Shown: positions 11,743 through 22,766, counted from the first letter of the stretch. The stretch is 64,000 nt of DNA from Christensenellaceae bacterium (GCA_045606665.1 JAZUSI010000064.1:7627-71626); one strand, 5' to 3'. The notes: a model not told the origin generated them from the sequence alone. Translations and numbers: made by a program.

Positions 11743-13050
11743 TTATTTAATTTTTCCTTTTCTTTTTCTAATTTCCTTTATGGTGTTTTCATATCCGTTT
11801 GACTTAGGGATATAATAAACTTTATCTTTTAATTTATTTGGCAAATATTGTTGTTCGACATATCCACCGTAATTATGAGGATATTTATACATACCTTTTA
11901 GTTTTTTTTCTTCATTTGAAGCAAACTCATAGTTTTTAAGGTGCGCTGGAATATCGTCATCTTTCACGTTTAACGCATCATCTTTAGCAGAATACATTGC
12001 CTCAACAACGCTGTTTGATTTTTCTGCCTCACAAACGTAAATTATCGCTTCAGATAGAGGTATAAGCCCTTCTGGAAGCCCCAGCTTTTCAAATGCAATG
12101 AGAGCGTTTGTTGCAATAACCAGTGCGTTAGGGTCTGCAAGCCCCACGTCCTCAGCCGAGTGAACGACCAATCTTCTTGCAAGCAAGAGTGGATCGCACC
12201 CACCCTGAATAAGCCTTTGCATATAATATAGAGCAGCGTTTGCATCACTGCCACGAAGACTTTTACAAAATGCCGATAAGATGTCATAATACAAATTCTC
12301 ATCAAAGGACATTGCCTTTTGTTGAATTGACTCTTCAGCGTCTTTTAAGGTTACAACGATCTTTCCATCTTGATTTGGATTAGTTGTTAGACACGCAAGT
12401 TCAAGTGCATTATAAGCCACCCTCATATCGCCAGCCGATGCCCTTGCAATATGTTCTATCGCCTCATCTAAAACTTCTAAATCATAATTTCCAAGTCCGT
12501 TTTCTTTATCCTTAATTGCCTTTCTTAAAGCCTTTTCTATATCGCTTTCTTTGAGTTTTTTAAGCTCAAAAACCCTGCATCTTGAAACGATAGCAGGCGT
12601 CATCGACGCATAGGGATTTTCGGTGGTTGAGCCGATGAAAATGATATCGCCTTTTTCAATGGCAGGAAGTAAACTATCACTTTGAGTTTTATTGAACCTA
12701 TGGCATTCATCAAGCAACAAATAGGTCTTCTTACCGTAAAGTTTTGCCGTGGCTTGTGCTTCTTCTATAACCTTCTTAACGTCTGCCACACCACTATTAA
12801 CGGCGTTTAACTTAACAAAATTATTATCCGTGCCGTTTGCTATAACGTTTGCAAGCGTAGTTTTACCACAGCCTGGAGGTCCCCAAAAGATGCAACTGCC
12901 AAGTCTATCGAGTTTAATGGCACGACGTAAAAGCCCCGTTTCAGACACGATATGTTCTTGCCCCAAAAAGTCGTTTAAAGTTTTTGCGCGCATGCGTTCT
13001 GCTAGTGGAATATTCTTGTTATTATCTTTCATTAAATCAAATAAATCCAT
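11743..13050 (-). CDS. rarA: replication-associated recombination protein A (AAA+ ATPase)
   Basis: Walker A GPPGCGKTT, LLLDECHRFNK, and a MgsA-like C-terminal region. Confidence 0.9.
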   Translation of the reverse strand: MDLFDLMKDNNKNIPLAERMRAKTLNDFLGQEHIVSETGLLRRAIKLDRLGSCIFWGPPGCGKTTLANVIANGTDNNFVKLNAVNSGVADVKKVIEEAQATAKLYGKKTYLLLDECHRFNKTQSDSLLPAIEKGDIIFIGSTTENPYASMTPAIVSRCRVFELKKLKESDIEKALRKAIKDKENGLGNYDLEVLDEAIEHIARASAGDMRVAYNALELACLTTNPNQDGKIVVTLKDAEESIQQKAMSFDENLYYDILSAFCKSLRGSDANAALYYMQRLIQGGCDPLLLARRLVVHSAEDVGLADPNALVIATNALIAFEKLGLPEGLIPLSEAIIYVCEAEKSNSVVEAMYSAKDDALNVKDDDIPAHLKNYEFASNEEKKLKGMYKYPHNYGGYVEQQYLPNKLKDKVYYIPKSNGYENTIKEIRKRKGKIK

Positions 13051-13103
13051 AAAAATATTTTATCATATCCTATATTTTTTTTCAAGTTATAATACAATAT
13101 ATT

Positions 13104-14081
13104 ATGGTTAAAAATTTAAACTCTTTTTTCTCTAAAGCTTTATTTTTGTTTTTAATAGCCTTTTCCCTTATCCTTGCCTTTGGAAAGGGATATTCAGCCC
13201 TTGTTTTAGACGGGTTAAACCTTTATTTAGCCTGTGTTGTGCCATCGTTATTGCCTTACTTTTTTATAACGGCAATACTCTCTTCAATGCAAATAACAAG
13301 CAAGATTTCAAATAAGTTCTCCTTTTTAACAAGGCGAATTTTTAACGTTGGTGGCGCTGTGGGATACGCCTTTTTTATGAGCCTCATTTCAGGCTATCCG
13401 GTGGGTGCAAAAATTGTTTCCGACCTAAAAGAAAGAGGACTTATTTCTAAAGCAGAAAGCGTTAGAGCAAGTGCCTTATGTTCAACGTCATCTCCAATGT
13501 TTTTAATCAACAGCGTGGGTGTAATAATGTTTAATAGCGTACGATTTGGCTTAACTCTATTTTTATGCCACTTTATCTCTAGCATAATTATAGGCATAAT
13601 TTTTTCATTTTATCATAAAAAAGATAAGCCACTTTCTCTGACATTTATAAACGCAAGTAAAGTGGATAACGTTCTGTATGAAAGCGCGTATTCATCAGTT
13701 GTTTCAATTTTAGTAGTCGGAGCAATTATAACCATATTTTATCTTTTTACCAACGTATTGTTTTCACTTAAAATTCTATCACCTATCGTAAACTTGTTTT
13801 CCCTTATGTTTAGCGATGAAATTTTAGGCAAAGGCTTAACCTTTGGGCTTTTTGAATGTACTCAAGGCCTTAAAATCTTGTCAACGCTAAATGGCAGTTT
13901 TTTTGCACTTCCTTTATGTTCATTGATATGTGGATTTGGTGGACTTTCAGTTATAATGCAGTCGATTGCTTACTTAAAAAAAGCAAAAATAAAAACGGCA
14001 CCATTTATCCTTGCAAAGATAATTTGCGCCGTTATAAACTTCCTTCTGTCAATTATTATTTGCCTTGTTTGTCCTTTATAA
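13104..14081 (+). CDS. ylbJ: sporulation integral membrane protein YlbJ-like (nucleoside-recognition-type membrane protein)
   Basis: A polytopic membrane protein. It is convergent with coaD-rsmD, as in Bacillus. Confidence 0.55.
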   Translation: MVKNLNSFFSKALFLFLIAFSLILAFGKGYSALVLDGLNLYLACVVPSLLPYFFITAILSSMQITSKISNKFSFLTRRIFNVGGAVGYAFFMSLISGYPVGAKIVSDLKERGLISKAESVRASALCSTSSPMFLINSVGVIMFNSVRFGLTLFLCHFISSIIIGIIFSFYHKKDKPLSLTFINASKVDNVLYESAYSSVVSILVVGAIITIFYLFTNVLFSLKILSPIVNLFSLMFSDEILGKGLTFGLFECTQGLKILSTLNGSFFALPLCSLICGFGGLSVIMQSIAYLKKAKIKTAPFILAKIICAVINFLLSIIICLVCPL

Positions 14082-14535
14082 ACTCTAAAATCCCATTTGG
14101 CAAATAATCACTCGCATTGCCCTTTAACTCTAAGATGTTTCGCATTGCAGTTGAACTGATATGCACTAATTCCTTTGGAGTTGGAATATAGATAGTGGTC
14201 ATTTCAGGATACATATCACGATTATATCTTTCCATAGTGGTTTCATATTTATAATCATCTATATCCCTTATTCCACGAACGTTGACCTTTATGTCGTTTT
14301 CCTTCATAAAATCAACTAACATACCCGTAAAAGCTCTAATTTCCACTCTCTTTTCGCCCTTAAAAGCAAGTGTTATCATTTGTTTTCTATCATCTAAAGA
14401 AAACATTGGTTTTTTGTCGGTGTTAACGCCTATTGCGATAACCACCTTGTCAAAAACTTCTAAGCACTTATTTACAACAAAAGCATGCCCTTTGGTAAAT
14501 GGGTCAAACGTACCTGCAAACACACAAACTTTCAT
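14056..14535 (-). CDS. coaD: phosphopantetheine adenylyltransferase
   Basis: 159 aa with the motif GTFDPFTKGH. Confidence 0.93.
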   Translation of the reverse strand: MKVCVFAGTFDPFTKGHAFVVNKCLEVFDKVVIAIGVNTDKKPMFSLDDRKQMITLAFKGEKRVEIRAFTGMLVDFMKENDIKVNVRGIRDIDDYKYETTMERYNRDMYPEMTTIYIPTPKELVHISSTAMRNILELKGNASDYLPNGILEFIKDKQGK

Positions 14536-15071
14536 TATTTATTCTCCTTCTTAAAAAAGGTTAGATGCACTCTACCATATTTTCTCTTATCGTAAGAGAC
14601 AAGCCCTTCTATCTCGCCCAACCACTCTTTTTCATCTTCTAAAACGGCTATTCCGTCATCTTCAAGGACTGAACTTACAAAAGGCAAACTCTTTAAGCCT
14701 AGTTCAGTTTTGTAAGGTGGGTCTAAAAATATAATATCAAACTTTTTGCTGGTATTTTTTAATAAATTCACAGCGTCGAAGTTTAAGATCTCATAATCGT
14801 CTTCCACCTTGATTTTATCCAAGTTTTTTTTGAGCAGAGTTAAACTTTCTCTTGAAAGGTCGTTAAACACAACCTTTTCTGCACCACGGGAAAGGGCTTC
14901 TATCCCCATTGCGCCCGTTCCACAAAATAAGTCCAAAAACTTAGAGTTTGTAATTTTCATTTGTAAAATGTTAAAAAGGCTTTCCCTGACCTTATCGGCA
15001 GTTGGGCGAATTTTATCGCCATCAAATGCCAAAAGCGTTCTACCCCTATATTTTCCAGAAACTATTCTCAA
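14535..15071 (-). CDS. rsmD: 16S rRNA (guanine966-N2)-methyltransferase
   Basis: 178 aa with the motifs DLFCGTGAMGIEALSRGA and DPPY. Confidence 0.9.
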   Translation of the reverse strand: MRIVSGKYRGRTLLAFDGDKIRPTADKVRESLFNILQMKITNSKFLDLFCGTGAMGIEALSRGAEKVVFNDLSRESLTLLKKNLDKIKVEDDYEILNFDAVNLLKNTSKKFDIIFLDPPYKTELGLKSLPFVSSVLEDDGIAVLEDEKEWLGEIEGLVSYDKRKYGRVHLTFFKKENK

Positions 15072-15073
15072 AA

Positions 15074-15670
15074 TTATTCACCGTGAATCATTCTGTGTTT
15101 TTCTCTAATCATTTCTTGTTGAAGTTCAATTTTTCTTCCACCCAAATAAAACATGATGCCTTGAACCAAAACTATTACAGGTATTGCAAGAAGTGACCAA
15201 TATGGTGAAACCACTGCAAAGAGTGAATCTACTTTAACGCCTACCCCAGCAAAAGCAAAAGCCATTAAATAGATAAAACTTGCAGTTGTTCCATAATCTT
15301 GGTTTGATGGATTATTAGTTGAAACGATAGCGTGAATTATCAACAAGACAATAAGTGGAATACAAATTACCAAACCAATAATAAAGCCTTTGTAAGCTTT
15401 GTACTCTTTTTGAGTATCAAGAGGGATATCTTCACCGGTTAAAACGATTTGCTTTCTGTTTAAATCATTTGCCATACGTATCTTATAAGCCGCTTGTCCA
15501 TCTTGAAAAGCTGTTGACCCTAAAACGTAAGAATAAAGTCCAAGATTTAAAACCAACAAAATGACCTTTAGCCAAGTTAACCCTGGTATAAACAAAACAC
15601 CATAAGCAGTCACTGCTGAAAAAATTAAATAGACTAAACCTATAATTGCCTTCTTTAAGTAATATTTCAT
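15074..15670 (-). CDS. hypothetical membrane protein
   Basis: A 198-aa ORF with several hydrophobic spans. It sits in an operon-like position. Confidence 0.6.
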   Translation of the reverse strand: MKYYLKKAIIGLVYLIFSAVTAYGVLFIPGLTWLKVILLVLNLGLYSYVLGSTAFQDGQAAYKIRMANDLNRKQIVLTGEDIPLDTQKEYKAYKGFIIGLVICIPLIVLLIIHAIVSTNNPSNQDYGTTASFIYLMAFAFAGVGVKVDSLFAVVSPYWSLLAIPVIVLVQGIMFYLGGRKIELQQEMIREKHRMIHGE

Positions 15671-15678
15671 TTTTGCAC

Positions 15679-16698
15679 CTAATTTAAGTATATTTTTTCT
15701 GCACGTATTGCAGATTTTGTCAAAATTTCATAACTAATCGTGTCGTATTGTTTACCTAAAAGGTCTGCGTTATCCATAATTAACACGCCTTTGTTTGTTA
15801 CTTTAGGTTTTTTTATGGCAGTAATATCCATACAGCGATTGTTAACTTGCCCCAAAATATTTTTGCGCATAAACCCATCTGCATAGCCAACTCTGACAAG
15901 ACCTATGCTAGCATCTTGTTCTAGCCTAAAACTCCCATAAAGACAGCTTTCTCCCTTCTTGAGTTCGCGAGATTTTAATAACGGCGCATAAATTTTCATA
16001 ATGGGCAAAACTTTTATATATTGGCTTTCAAACGGTTTATAGCCGTACAGCAAAATACCAATCCTTGCCATATCACTCTTTAACCCCAACAAAAAACCAC
16101 TACTTGCAGATATGTGACATACTGCTTTATTATTATAACCTTTAATCAAATTATTTGCAAGTAAAAATTTATTTTGCACAGATTTAAGTTGTTTTTTATC
16201 TACAAAATCACCTATATGCGTAAACATTCCATCTAAAGTAAGATATTTTGAATTAAATACGTATTTTGCAAGGGCATTTAATTCTTTTAAATTATCCACC
16301 CCTAGCCTATTCATTCCCGTATTGAACTTCAGATGGATTTTTGCTTTTCTATTTTGGTTTCGACACGCTTTTTCAATATTTTTTAAGGTAGAAAACCGGC
16401 TTGCGCTTAAAGTTAAACCATAAAAAACTGCGCTTTCTATATCAAGTGCAAAAGGTGGATTTAAAACCAAAATATCTTTCTTTATTCCACAAAGTCTTAG
16501 CGATATTCCCTCCTCAACCAGTGCCACGGCATATGAATCGCAATAAGGGTAAAGTGCTGAGGCTATTTTTTCAGCGCCATGCCCGTAAGCATCAGCTTTA
16601 ACAACAGCACAAAATTTTGTGTTTTTATTTAATTTTTTCTTAATCTCAGTAGCATTAAATCGCAATTTTTTTAAATCTATATAAGCTTTGTTTAACAT
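15679..16698 (-). CDS. alr: alanine racemase
   Basis: The PLP-lysine motif AVVKADAYGHG is present. Confidence 0.85.
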   Translation of the reverse strand: MLNKAYIDLKKLRFNATEIKKKLNKNTKFCAVVKADAYGHGAEKIASALYPYCDSYAVALVEEGISLRLCGIKKDILVLNPPFALDIESAVFYGLTLSASRFSTLKNIEKACRNQNRKAKIHLKFNTGMNRLGVDNLKELNALAKYVFNSKYLTLDGMFTHIGDFVDKKQLKSVQNKFLLANNLIKGYNNKAVCHISASSGFLLGLKSDMARIGILLYGYKPFESQYIKVLPIMKIYAPLLKSRELKKGESCLYGSFRLEQDASIGLVRVGYADGFMRKNILGQVNNRCMDITAIKKPKVTNKGVLIMDNADLLGKQYDTISYEILTKSAIRAEKIYLN

Positions 16699-16806
16699 AT
16701 TTATATTTTATGAAAAAAACAAGCCGTTTAGTGCAAATAAAAAATAAGACTATACCACAAAAAAAAGGCGCATGCAAAATGCACACGCCAATCTGTTTAT
16801 TTGTTT

Positions 16807-19737
16807 TTAGTCTTTTCTAATTAATGCCACCGGTTTTTCCTTAACAATTCTAATAATAGGTATTAACGATGCCAAGAAGCCAGTAGCTAAACTTGAGGCA
16901 ACTATTATAGCAATTTGTCTTCCACCGAATAAGACGAACTTAATTGTCAAGTTCATAACTTCCAAAATATAATCGTTTACAAATATACAAGCGATATATG
17001 AAGTCAAAGATGCCAAAAGTCCACCTATAAGTGAAATTGCTATGCCCTCTAACAAGAACATTAAGAAAATGCTCTTTCCACCCGTACCAAGCGCTCTCAA
17101 TACACCGATTGACTGACGTTTTGAAACGATACTGGTAGAAATATAGTTGAACAACATAAATATTGAGAAAGTTATCATTGCAATTGCAATATATAAGAAC
17201 AAGTCTAAGAACTGCCCAATAAATTCAGAGTTGTCTTCAAGTATTTCTAAAATTCCGTTTTGATACCAAACTAGTTTAAATCCAGATTGGTTAGACATCA
17301 TCGAACTCAATTTGTTTGCACCAATCTTGCTTGTACTAATGGTTGAAATTGCCCTTGAATAAATACCTTGATCGGTGTTGACGTTTAAATTTTTAAGCCC
17401 ACTCGTAGATAAAACTATCGGCTCGATTTCCTCATCTAGTCTGGAATAACCTCTGTCAATATTTACGTCAAAATATACACCAACCACTTTAAGTTCTTTA
17501 TTTAGCAATTCCTTTTCTCTATCCCATTCAGCCGTTGACTTTATGACAAGCTTCTTTACTGGATTGAAATTGTCTATATTGGTTTTTAATATATTTAAGA
17601 TTTCCTTGACTGCAAGTCGCCTATCCTGAGAAGTTTTTTCTGGATCTTCTAACGTTTTAAAGTGTAATTCTGTTTGGTTGATAACAGTTCCATTTATAAG
17701 GTCTTTTTCAAAAAGTGCGTTCTTTATATTTCTTGCACTTATCAAAACTTCGTTATTGGCTAGGGTTGGAGCAACGCCGTCCTCAGAATCGTCGTTAAAC
17801 ATTACCGTGTTTTCATTGGTAAATTCGTTTACGTTATAGAACACAGGCGTATTATACATTTTATCGCCGCCATCTATAAAGCAGTCGTAAACGGCACCAT
17901 TATAGTCGCCTATATAACTTACGACACGATTGTTTTTAGCCCTATATTGTTCAACAAAACCGTTTGGCACAAAAACTGATAGATTACAGCTTGAATTTAA
18001 ATAAGTGGTAAAATCTTGTGTCAATGCAGGTGGGGCATCTTTTGTGGTAACCGTTTTCAACTTTTCGTATTTTTCAGGAACTTCTCCACAATCGATAATT
18101 GCTGAAATGCAATATTCAACGTCATTAATTATGAGCGTTTGACCATACAAATCTTCGATATTCTTAACGTCTATATCGTTAAATTTTTTATCTTTGTTGT
18201 GCTTTGACCAAAATCTTATGCTTTCAGCAAGATATTTTGAAATACCAACACCTTGAAGCCCTGAATCGTTTTCCATAAGTTCTGGATAAGTTGGCACAAA
18301 ACCATTGCCCCCCTCAGCATCACTTATGTTTGGAATTATTTTATAGTTATATCCTTTTATGGTCGTTCCATCGTTAGAAATATCTCCCCAACCAAATTCC
18401 ACGAACCCGTTTACGTATTGAGTATAATATTCTCTGCCGACAACAGTATATGAAACTGCAGAAATTTGTTTTAACTTATGGTCTTTGTTGAAGAAATCTC
18501 TTCTTTCCATATAGTTATTAGGTCTTATGTTTTCTTCATCGACTATTTCATATATTCCACGGAAAGAATAGCCCGTATCTTTGTTTAGTTTGTTTAGATA
18601 ACTTTGCGACATCTTAAAACTTGCTTCATCATAACTACTACCGTTATAGCTGTTATATATAGATACAGAATTATATTCCCCACTACTTAAAAGCTTTGAA
18701 AGTGCACGCTCACCATTATATGACGCAACCGAGTCAAAAATACCGAATACTGCAAATGCAATCACTGATAAAAGTATAGTGATTATAAGTCTAAAAGGCT
18801 TAACCACCAAAGACTTCATACCAAGTCCTGCTATACTTTTAAATTTCATTCTACTCTTAATGAAAACTGCTGGTTCTTGGTTTTCTTTGCCTTCGATTTT
18901 TTCAGTTTTCTTTCTTTGTCGAACTGTTATTTTTTCTGTTAAACGAATCTTTTTCTTTTCTTCAATAGCAGTAACAAGCGTTTTTGTTTCGCTTTCGTTT
19001 AGTTTTGCGCCCGACTTAACAATTATTTCTTGTTCACTATCAAAAACGTTATCGTTAACGGCAACGTCGCTTAAAGAAACGTCCTCAACAACTTGTCCGT
19101 CAACTATTCTAATAATTCTATCAGCATATTTTTCTGCAAAAGAGTTTTCATGAGAAACTACGATTACCAATTTTTCTTTAGACAATTCTTTAAGCAAGTC
19201 CATAACTTGAATACCCGTTGCGCTATCCAAAGCACCCGTTGGTTCATCAGCCAAGATTATCTTAGGATTTTTAATGAGCGCTCTTACTATAGCAACCCTT
19301 TGCTTTTGTCCACCTGAGAGTTGGTTTGGCTTACGTTTTTCATAGTCTGCTATTTCAAACTTTTTCAAAAGTTCTCTAAGCTTATCATTATCGGTTTTTC
19401 TGCCTTGCAATTCATCGGCAATATTTATATTTTTTTCAATGCTATATTCGTTAAGAAGATTATATTCTTGAAAAACGAAACCTACCATAGTGTTTCTATA
19501 ACTATCGTAATCGGCTGGTGTAAATTCAGAAAACTTCTTTCCGTCAACAATAATCTCCCCACCATCAATCTTGTCAAGTCCACCTATGCTATTAAGAAGG
19601 GTTGTTTTACCACAACCACTTTTACCAGAAATAAACACCATACCCTTGTCGGCAAACTTTATGCTAACGCCTTTAAGAGCAATGGTATCTCCTGCTTTAG
19701 TCGTATAAACTTTTCTTACGTCAATTAATTCTAACAT
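16807..19737 (-). CDS. fused ABC transporter ATPase/FtsX-type permease (MacB-like)
   Basis: 976 aa with Walker A GKSGCGKTT, signature LSGGQKQR, a long extracytoplasmic middle region and a C-terminal FtsX-like TM bundle. Confidence 0.9.
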   Translation of the reverse strand: MLELIDVRKVYTTKAGDTIALKGVSIKFADKGMVFISGKSGCGKTTLLNSIGGLDKIDGGEIIVDGKKFSEFTPADYDSYRNTMVGFVFQEYNLLNEYSIEKNINIADELQGRKTDNDKLRELLKKFEIADYEKRKPNQLSGGQKQRVAIVRALIKNPKIILADEPTGALDSATGIQVMDLLKELSKEKLVIVVSHENSFAEKYADRIIRIVDGQVVEDVSLSDVAVNDNVFDSEQEIIVKSGAKLNESETKTLVTAIEEKKKIRLTEKITVRQRKKTEKIEGKENQEPAVFIKSRMKFKSIAGLGMKSLVVKPFRLIITILLSVIAFAVFGIFDSVASYNGERALSKLLSSGEYNSVSIYNSYNGSSYDEASFKMSQSYLNKLNKDTGYSFRGIYEIVDEENIRPNNYMERRDFFNKDHKLKQISAVSYTVVGREYYTQYVNGFVEFGWGDISNDGTTIKGYNYKIIPNISDAEGGNGFVPTYPELMENDSGLQGVGISKYLAESIRFWSKHNKDKKFNDIDVKNIEDLYGQTLIINDVEYCISAIIDCGEVPEKYEKLKTVTTKDAPPALTQDFTTYLNSSCNLSVFVPNGFVEQYRAKNNRVVSYIGDYNGAVYDCFIDGGDKMYNTPVFYNVNEFTNENTVMFNDDSEDGVAPTLANNEVLISARNIKNALFEKDLINGTVINQTELHFKTLEDPEKTSQDRRLAVKEILNILKTNIDNFNPVKKLVIKSTAEWDREKELLNKELKVVGVYFDVNIDRGYSRLDEEIEPIVLSTSGLKNLNVNTDQGIYSRAISTISTSKIGANKLSSMMSNQSGFKLVWYQNGILEILEDNSEFIGQFLDLFLYIAIAMITFSIFMLFNYISTSIVSKRQSIGVLRALGTGGKSIFLMFLLEGIAISLIGGLLASLTSYIACIFVNDYILEVMNLTIKFVLFGGRQIAIIVASSLATGFLASLIPIIRIVKEKPVALIRKD

Positions 19738-19961
19738 ACATTTTCTCCATCAATTTCCAACCGACAATAAACTTTTCACAATCTTATTTATTTTATCATA
19801 TCAATAAGTTTTGTGTCAACGATATGAAAAAATTTTTTAAATCTAATATATAAACATATGTATTAGTAATTTTATTATACATAAAAGACACTAAAAAACA
19901 TAGCAATTATAATCCTTAAAAATAGTAAAATCTTCCTTAAAAAAACGGATAAAATACATAC

Positions 19962-19997
19962 AAAAAAACTCAACTTGTCTAGTTGAGTTTTTTTAAT
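19962..19997 (-). terminator. intrinsic terminator after the C69 peptidase gene
   Basis: The stem AAACTCAACT/AGTTGAGTTT has flanking A and T runs. Confidence 0.75.
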
Positions 19998-20022
19998 AAA
20001 TTATTAAAGTTAATAACGCTTG

Positions 20023-21398
20023 TTAAATATCTAAAATTGGTATTTGCGCATACTCACAATATTTTTCAATCGCTTCTTTTTGACGGCCATATAAACCGCC
20101 CTTATCCTTTATAACCTTAGACAAACGTTTGCTTTCTGTTTTTGCGAAATCGTATAAACTTTCTACACATTCATCAGTAAGAGAGAATAATTTTTCTTTA
20201 GCAAGGTCTTGTTTTCCATCTAAAATAAGATTTTTTGCCTCTTGCTCAACTTCCTCTGCCTTTTGTTCAAACTCTTTCTCAATCTTTGCAAGTTTTTCTC
20301 TTATATCTCTTGCAAACGACTCTTCATCAACGGTCACAAGCAAGCTTAGCCTTTTTACTTGCCACCATAACGATTTTTCATCGAACAACTTATCTGCCCT
20401 TTGCATTTTTTCAGGAAGTTTACACGTCATATACACCGGAATATATGCTGATAAACATGGTTGCACAGGCGCATAACGTGCAATAACACCTATTTTATCA
20501 TCAATTCTTGCCAAAAGCGAAGCAGACGTTTCACTTTCTGCCCAATCGCGCATATGCATACAAATGCTCATAAAAGTTCCAGCAGTTTCGGCAAAACGTG
20601 GAGATATAATTTCATCATCAAAATGGTCTCGCAAAATATCCGCAAGAGAATTAAAATCATGGATATCTTTTTGCGACAACAACTTGTTCAATCTACGATA
20701 TCTTGGCACTCCAAAAGGTTGTCCAACCAATCTCCCCGTATATGCTTTTGCAAAATTAAATTGTTCGTCAGGCGCGAGCCAACGTTTATCTCTTGCAATC
20801 TTTTCAACGTTTTCAGACCTTAAATCTATATCCTTTTCAATAGAATAGCAATTTGAAATTCCTTGCATTGTTTTAACTTGCTTTGCCACCCATTCACGCC
20901 CAGCCGTTTCTAGTATCCAGCATTCATTTTTATCAACAATAAGAAAGGTGTTTTCATATGTACGATATGTCAAAGATTAGCATTTGCCTTTTGACCATAT
21001 TGTTTTAGCAAATCCGTAATAACGTTAATTGCCTCTCTTGCCGTAGCCGCGCGTTCTAAAGCAAGGCGCAACATATCCATTCCTATAAGGCCCTCTTCCT
21101 CTTCAGGCTCCATTCGAGAACCTTCTGCTTCATTTCCAATTATAACGCCTTTTTCATTAAAACCCATTTCAAAACCATATATCCAATATGGTCTAGAGCC
21201 TACAACAGAATAAGTTTTTCGTACTTGAGGAATAGTTAAATGCGTTGTTTTTATCATTTCACCTTCTTTATATTCCTTTCCTTCATAAAAACAAAAAGGT
21301 TGTGGTTCTCCTGTTGGCCTATCGCTGTTTTTTGCTAAAATATTACTTTTATAACGTGAACAAGAAGCATTTACTAACATTGTGTCGCAAGAAAACAT
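20023..21398 (-). pseudogene. C69-family (secernin-like) dipeptidase split into two frames
   Basis: The upstream ORF (MFSCDTMLV...ILAKNSDRPTGEPQ) carries the N-terminal Cys nucleophile motif. The downstream ORF (TYRTYENTFLIVDKNECWILETAGREWVAK) is the expected continuation. The frames switch at CTTTGACA (20970-20973). Confidence 0.6.
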
Positions 21399-21429
21399 AT
21401 ATATCCTCCTTTCTATATTTGTTTAATTT

Positions 21430-22476
21430 CTAAATTAGCACGTAAACGATATTAAATACGAAGTATGCTAAATATATTGCCATCATAAGTGCACCTTGCC
21501 ACCTTGAAAATTTTTTAGATATAAGGGTTGGGATTATGCCGATTGCAATTATAAGTAAAGTGGTTGGCATGGTTACAAATAAGTGAACGAAAGAAACGGG
21601 AACGCCTGCGCCACCAACTATAAGCGTACAGAGGGGAAGTATTAACGCAAGGTCAATGGTATTTGCGCCGATAATGTTACCGATACTTAAACTTGCTTGA
21701 CCTTTTTTAACTGCAATAATCATTGTAACGAGTTCTGGAAGCGAAGTGCCAATTGCCAACACCGTTACTCCGATTAACACTTCAGAAACGCCAAACACTC
21801 TGCAGAGTTCAACAGCATTGTCTTTAAGTAAAATCGCGCCACCACCAATGCCTATTGCGCCACCAATAAGTTTGATGAGATTTATTATTACGCTCTTTTT
21901 AGTCGCAACAGGTTTTTCTTGGACTTCTGTTTCCTTTTCAACGTTTTCGTTTAGGTCGCCTTGTTTTAACTGAGCGTTTTCAAGTGCGTTTCTTTTTGCA
22001 GATATAACATTTTCCACAATAAACACGATAAATGCCACTATTAAGACGATAGAACCAACAATATTGAACATACCTTCAGTTTTAGTGGTTATCCTCCAAT
22101 CTTGAACACCTACAAGAGAAAAGAGAAACAATAAGCCCATAACTGCCGTTAATAATATACCCTTAAACGCATAGTCTTTTCTCTTTATTAAAAATGGTTG
22201 GGCCATGAGCGCCAATGCCATTATTACTCCTGAATTAAAAACAACCGAGCCAACTGCGTTGCCGATTGCCATATCTGGGCTTGCTTTTACAGAAATTAAG
22301 GAAACTACTATTTCAGGCAACGTCGTTGCAACGCTGACGATTGTCGCGCCGACTATAAATTTAGGTATGCCACTGACTTCAGCAAGCCAACTTGCTCCGT
22401 CCACGAAATAATCGCCACCTTTAATAATCAAAACTAATCCCACGATTAGTAAAACACAAATTATAAATATTTCCAT
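21430..22476 (-). CDS. CaCA-family sodium/calcium exchanger (YrbG-like)
   Basis: 348 aa with two internal repeats carrying GTSLPE/ATTLPE alpha-repeat motifs. Confidence 0.85.
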   Translation of the reverse strand: MEIFIICVLLIVGLVLIIKGGDYFVDGASWLAEVSGIPKFIVGATIVSVATTLPEIVVSLISVKASPDMAIGNAVGSVVFNSGVIMALALMAQPFLIKRKDYAFKGILLTAVMGLLFLFSLVGVQDWRITTKTEGMFNIVGSIVLIVAFIVFIVENVISAKRNALENAQLKQGDLNENVEKETEVQEKPVATKKSVIINLIKLIGGAIGIGGGAILLKDNAVELCRVFGVSEVLIGVTVLAIGTSLPELVTMIIAVKKGQASLSIGNIIGANTIDLALILPLCTLIVGGAGVPVSFVHLFVTMPTTLLIIAIGIIPTLISKKFSRWQGALMMAIYLAYFVFNIVYVLI

Positions 22477-22554
22477 TGCATCCTCTCGTAAATTTTTTTA
22501 ACAAAAATAGTATATAATTTTTTACCCAATTTGTCAACAGTGTATAACTTCTTA

Positions 22555-22594
22555 AAAAGAAATAGGGACTTTTCTCGTAAAAGAAAAGTCCCTA
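22555..22594 (-). terminator. intrinsic terminator of the feo operon
   Basis: The stem TAGGGACTTTTC/GAAAAGTCCCTA is followed by a U-rich tract on the minus strand. Confidence 0.8.
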
Positions 22595-22598
22595 TTTT

Positions 22599-22766
22599 TT
22601 ATTTGTCTGCTTTATTACGTGAACTGCAACTTGAACAGCACCCACAAGACGAGCAGTCGCACCCGCAAGAAGTTTTGCCTTTTTTCTTTCTTATTATAGA
22701 CGTCACTATAACAGACACGACAACTGCCACGCAGAATACTATTAAAATAATTTCAAGAGGTCCCAT
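22599..22766 (-). CDS. FeoB-associated Cys-rich membrane peptide (55 aa)
   Basis: My own translation: MGPLEIILIVFCVAVVVSVIVTSIIRKKKGKTSCGCDCSSCGCCSSCSSRNKADK. It starts 3 nt after the feoB stop. It has one TM helix plus a Cys-rich tail. It is below the ORF-track cutoff. Confidence 0.8.
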   Translation of the reverse strand: MGPLEIILIVFCVAVVVSVIVTSIIRKKKGKTSCGCDCSSCGCCSSCSSRNKADK

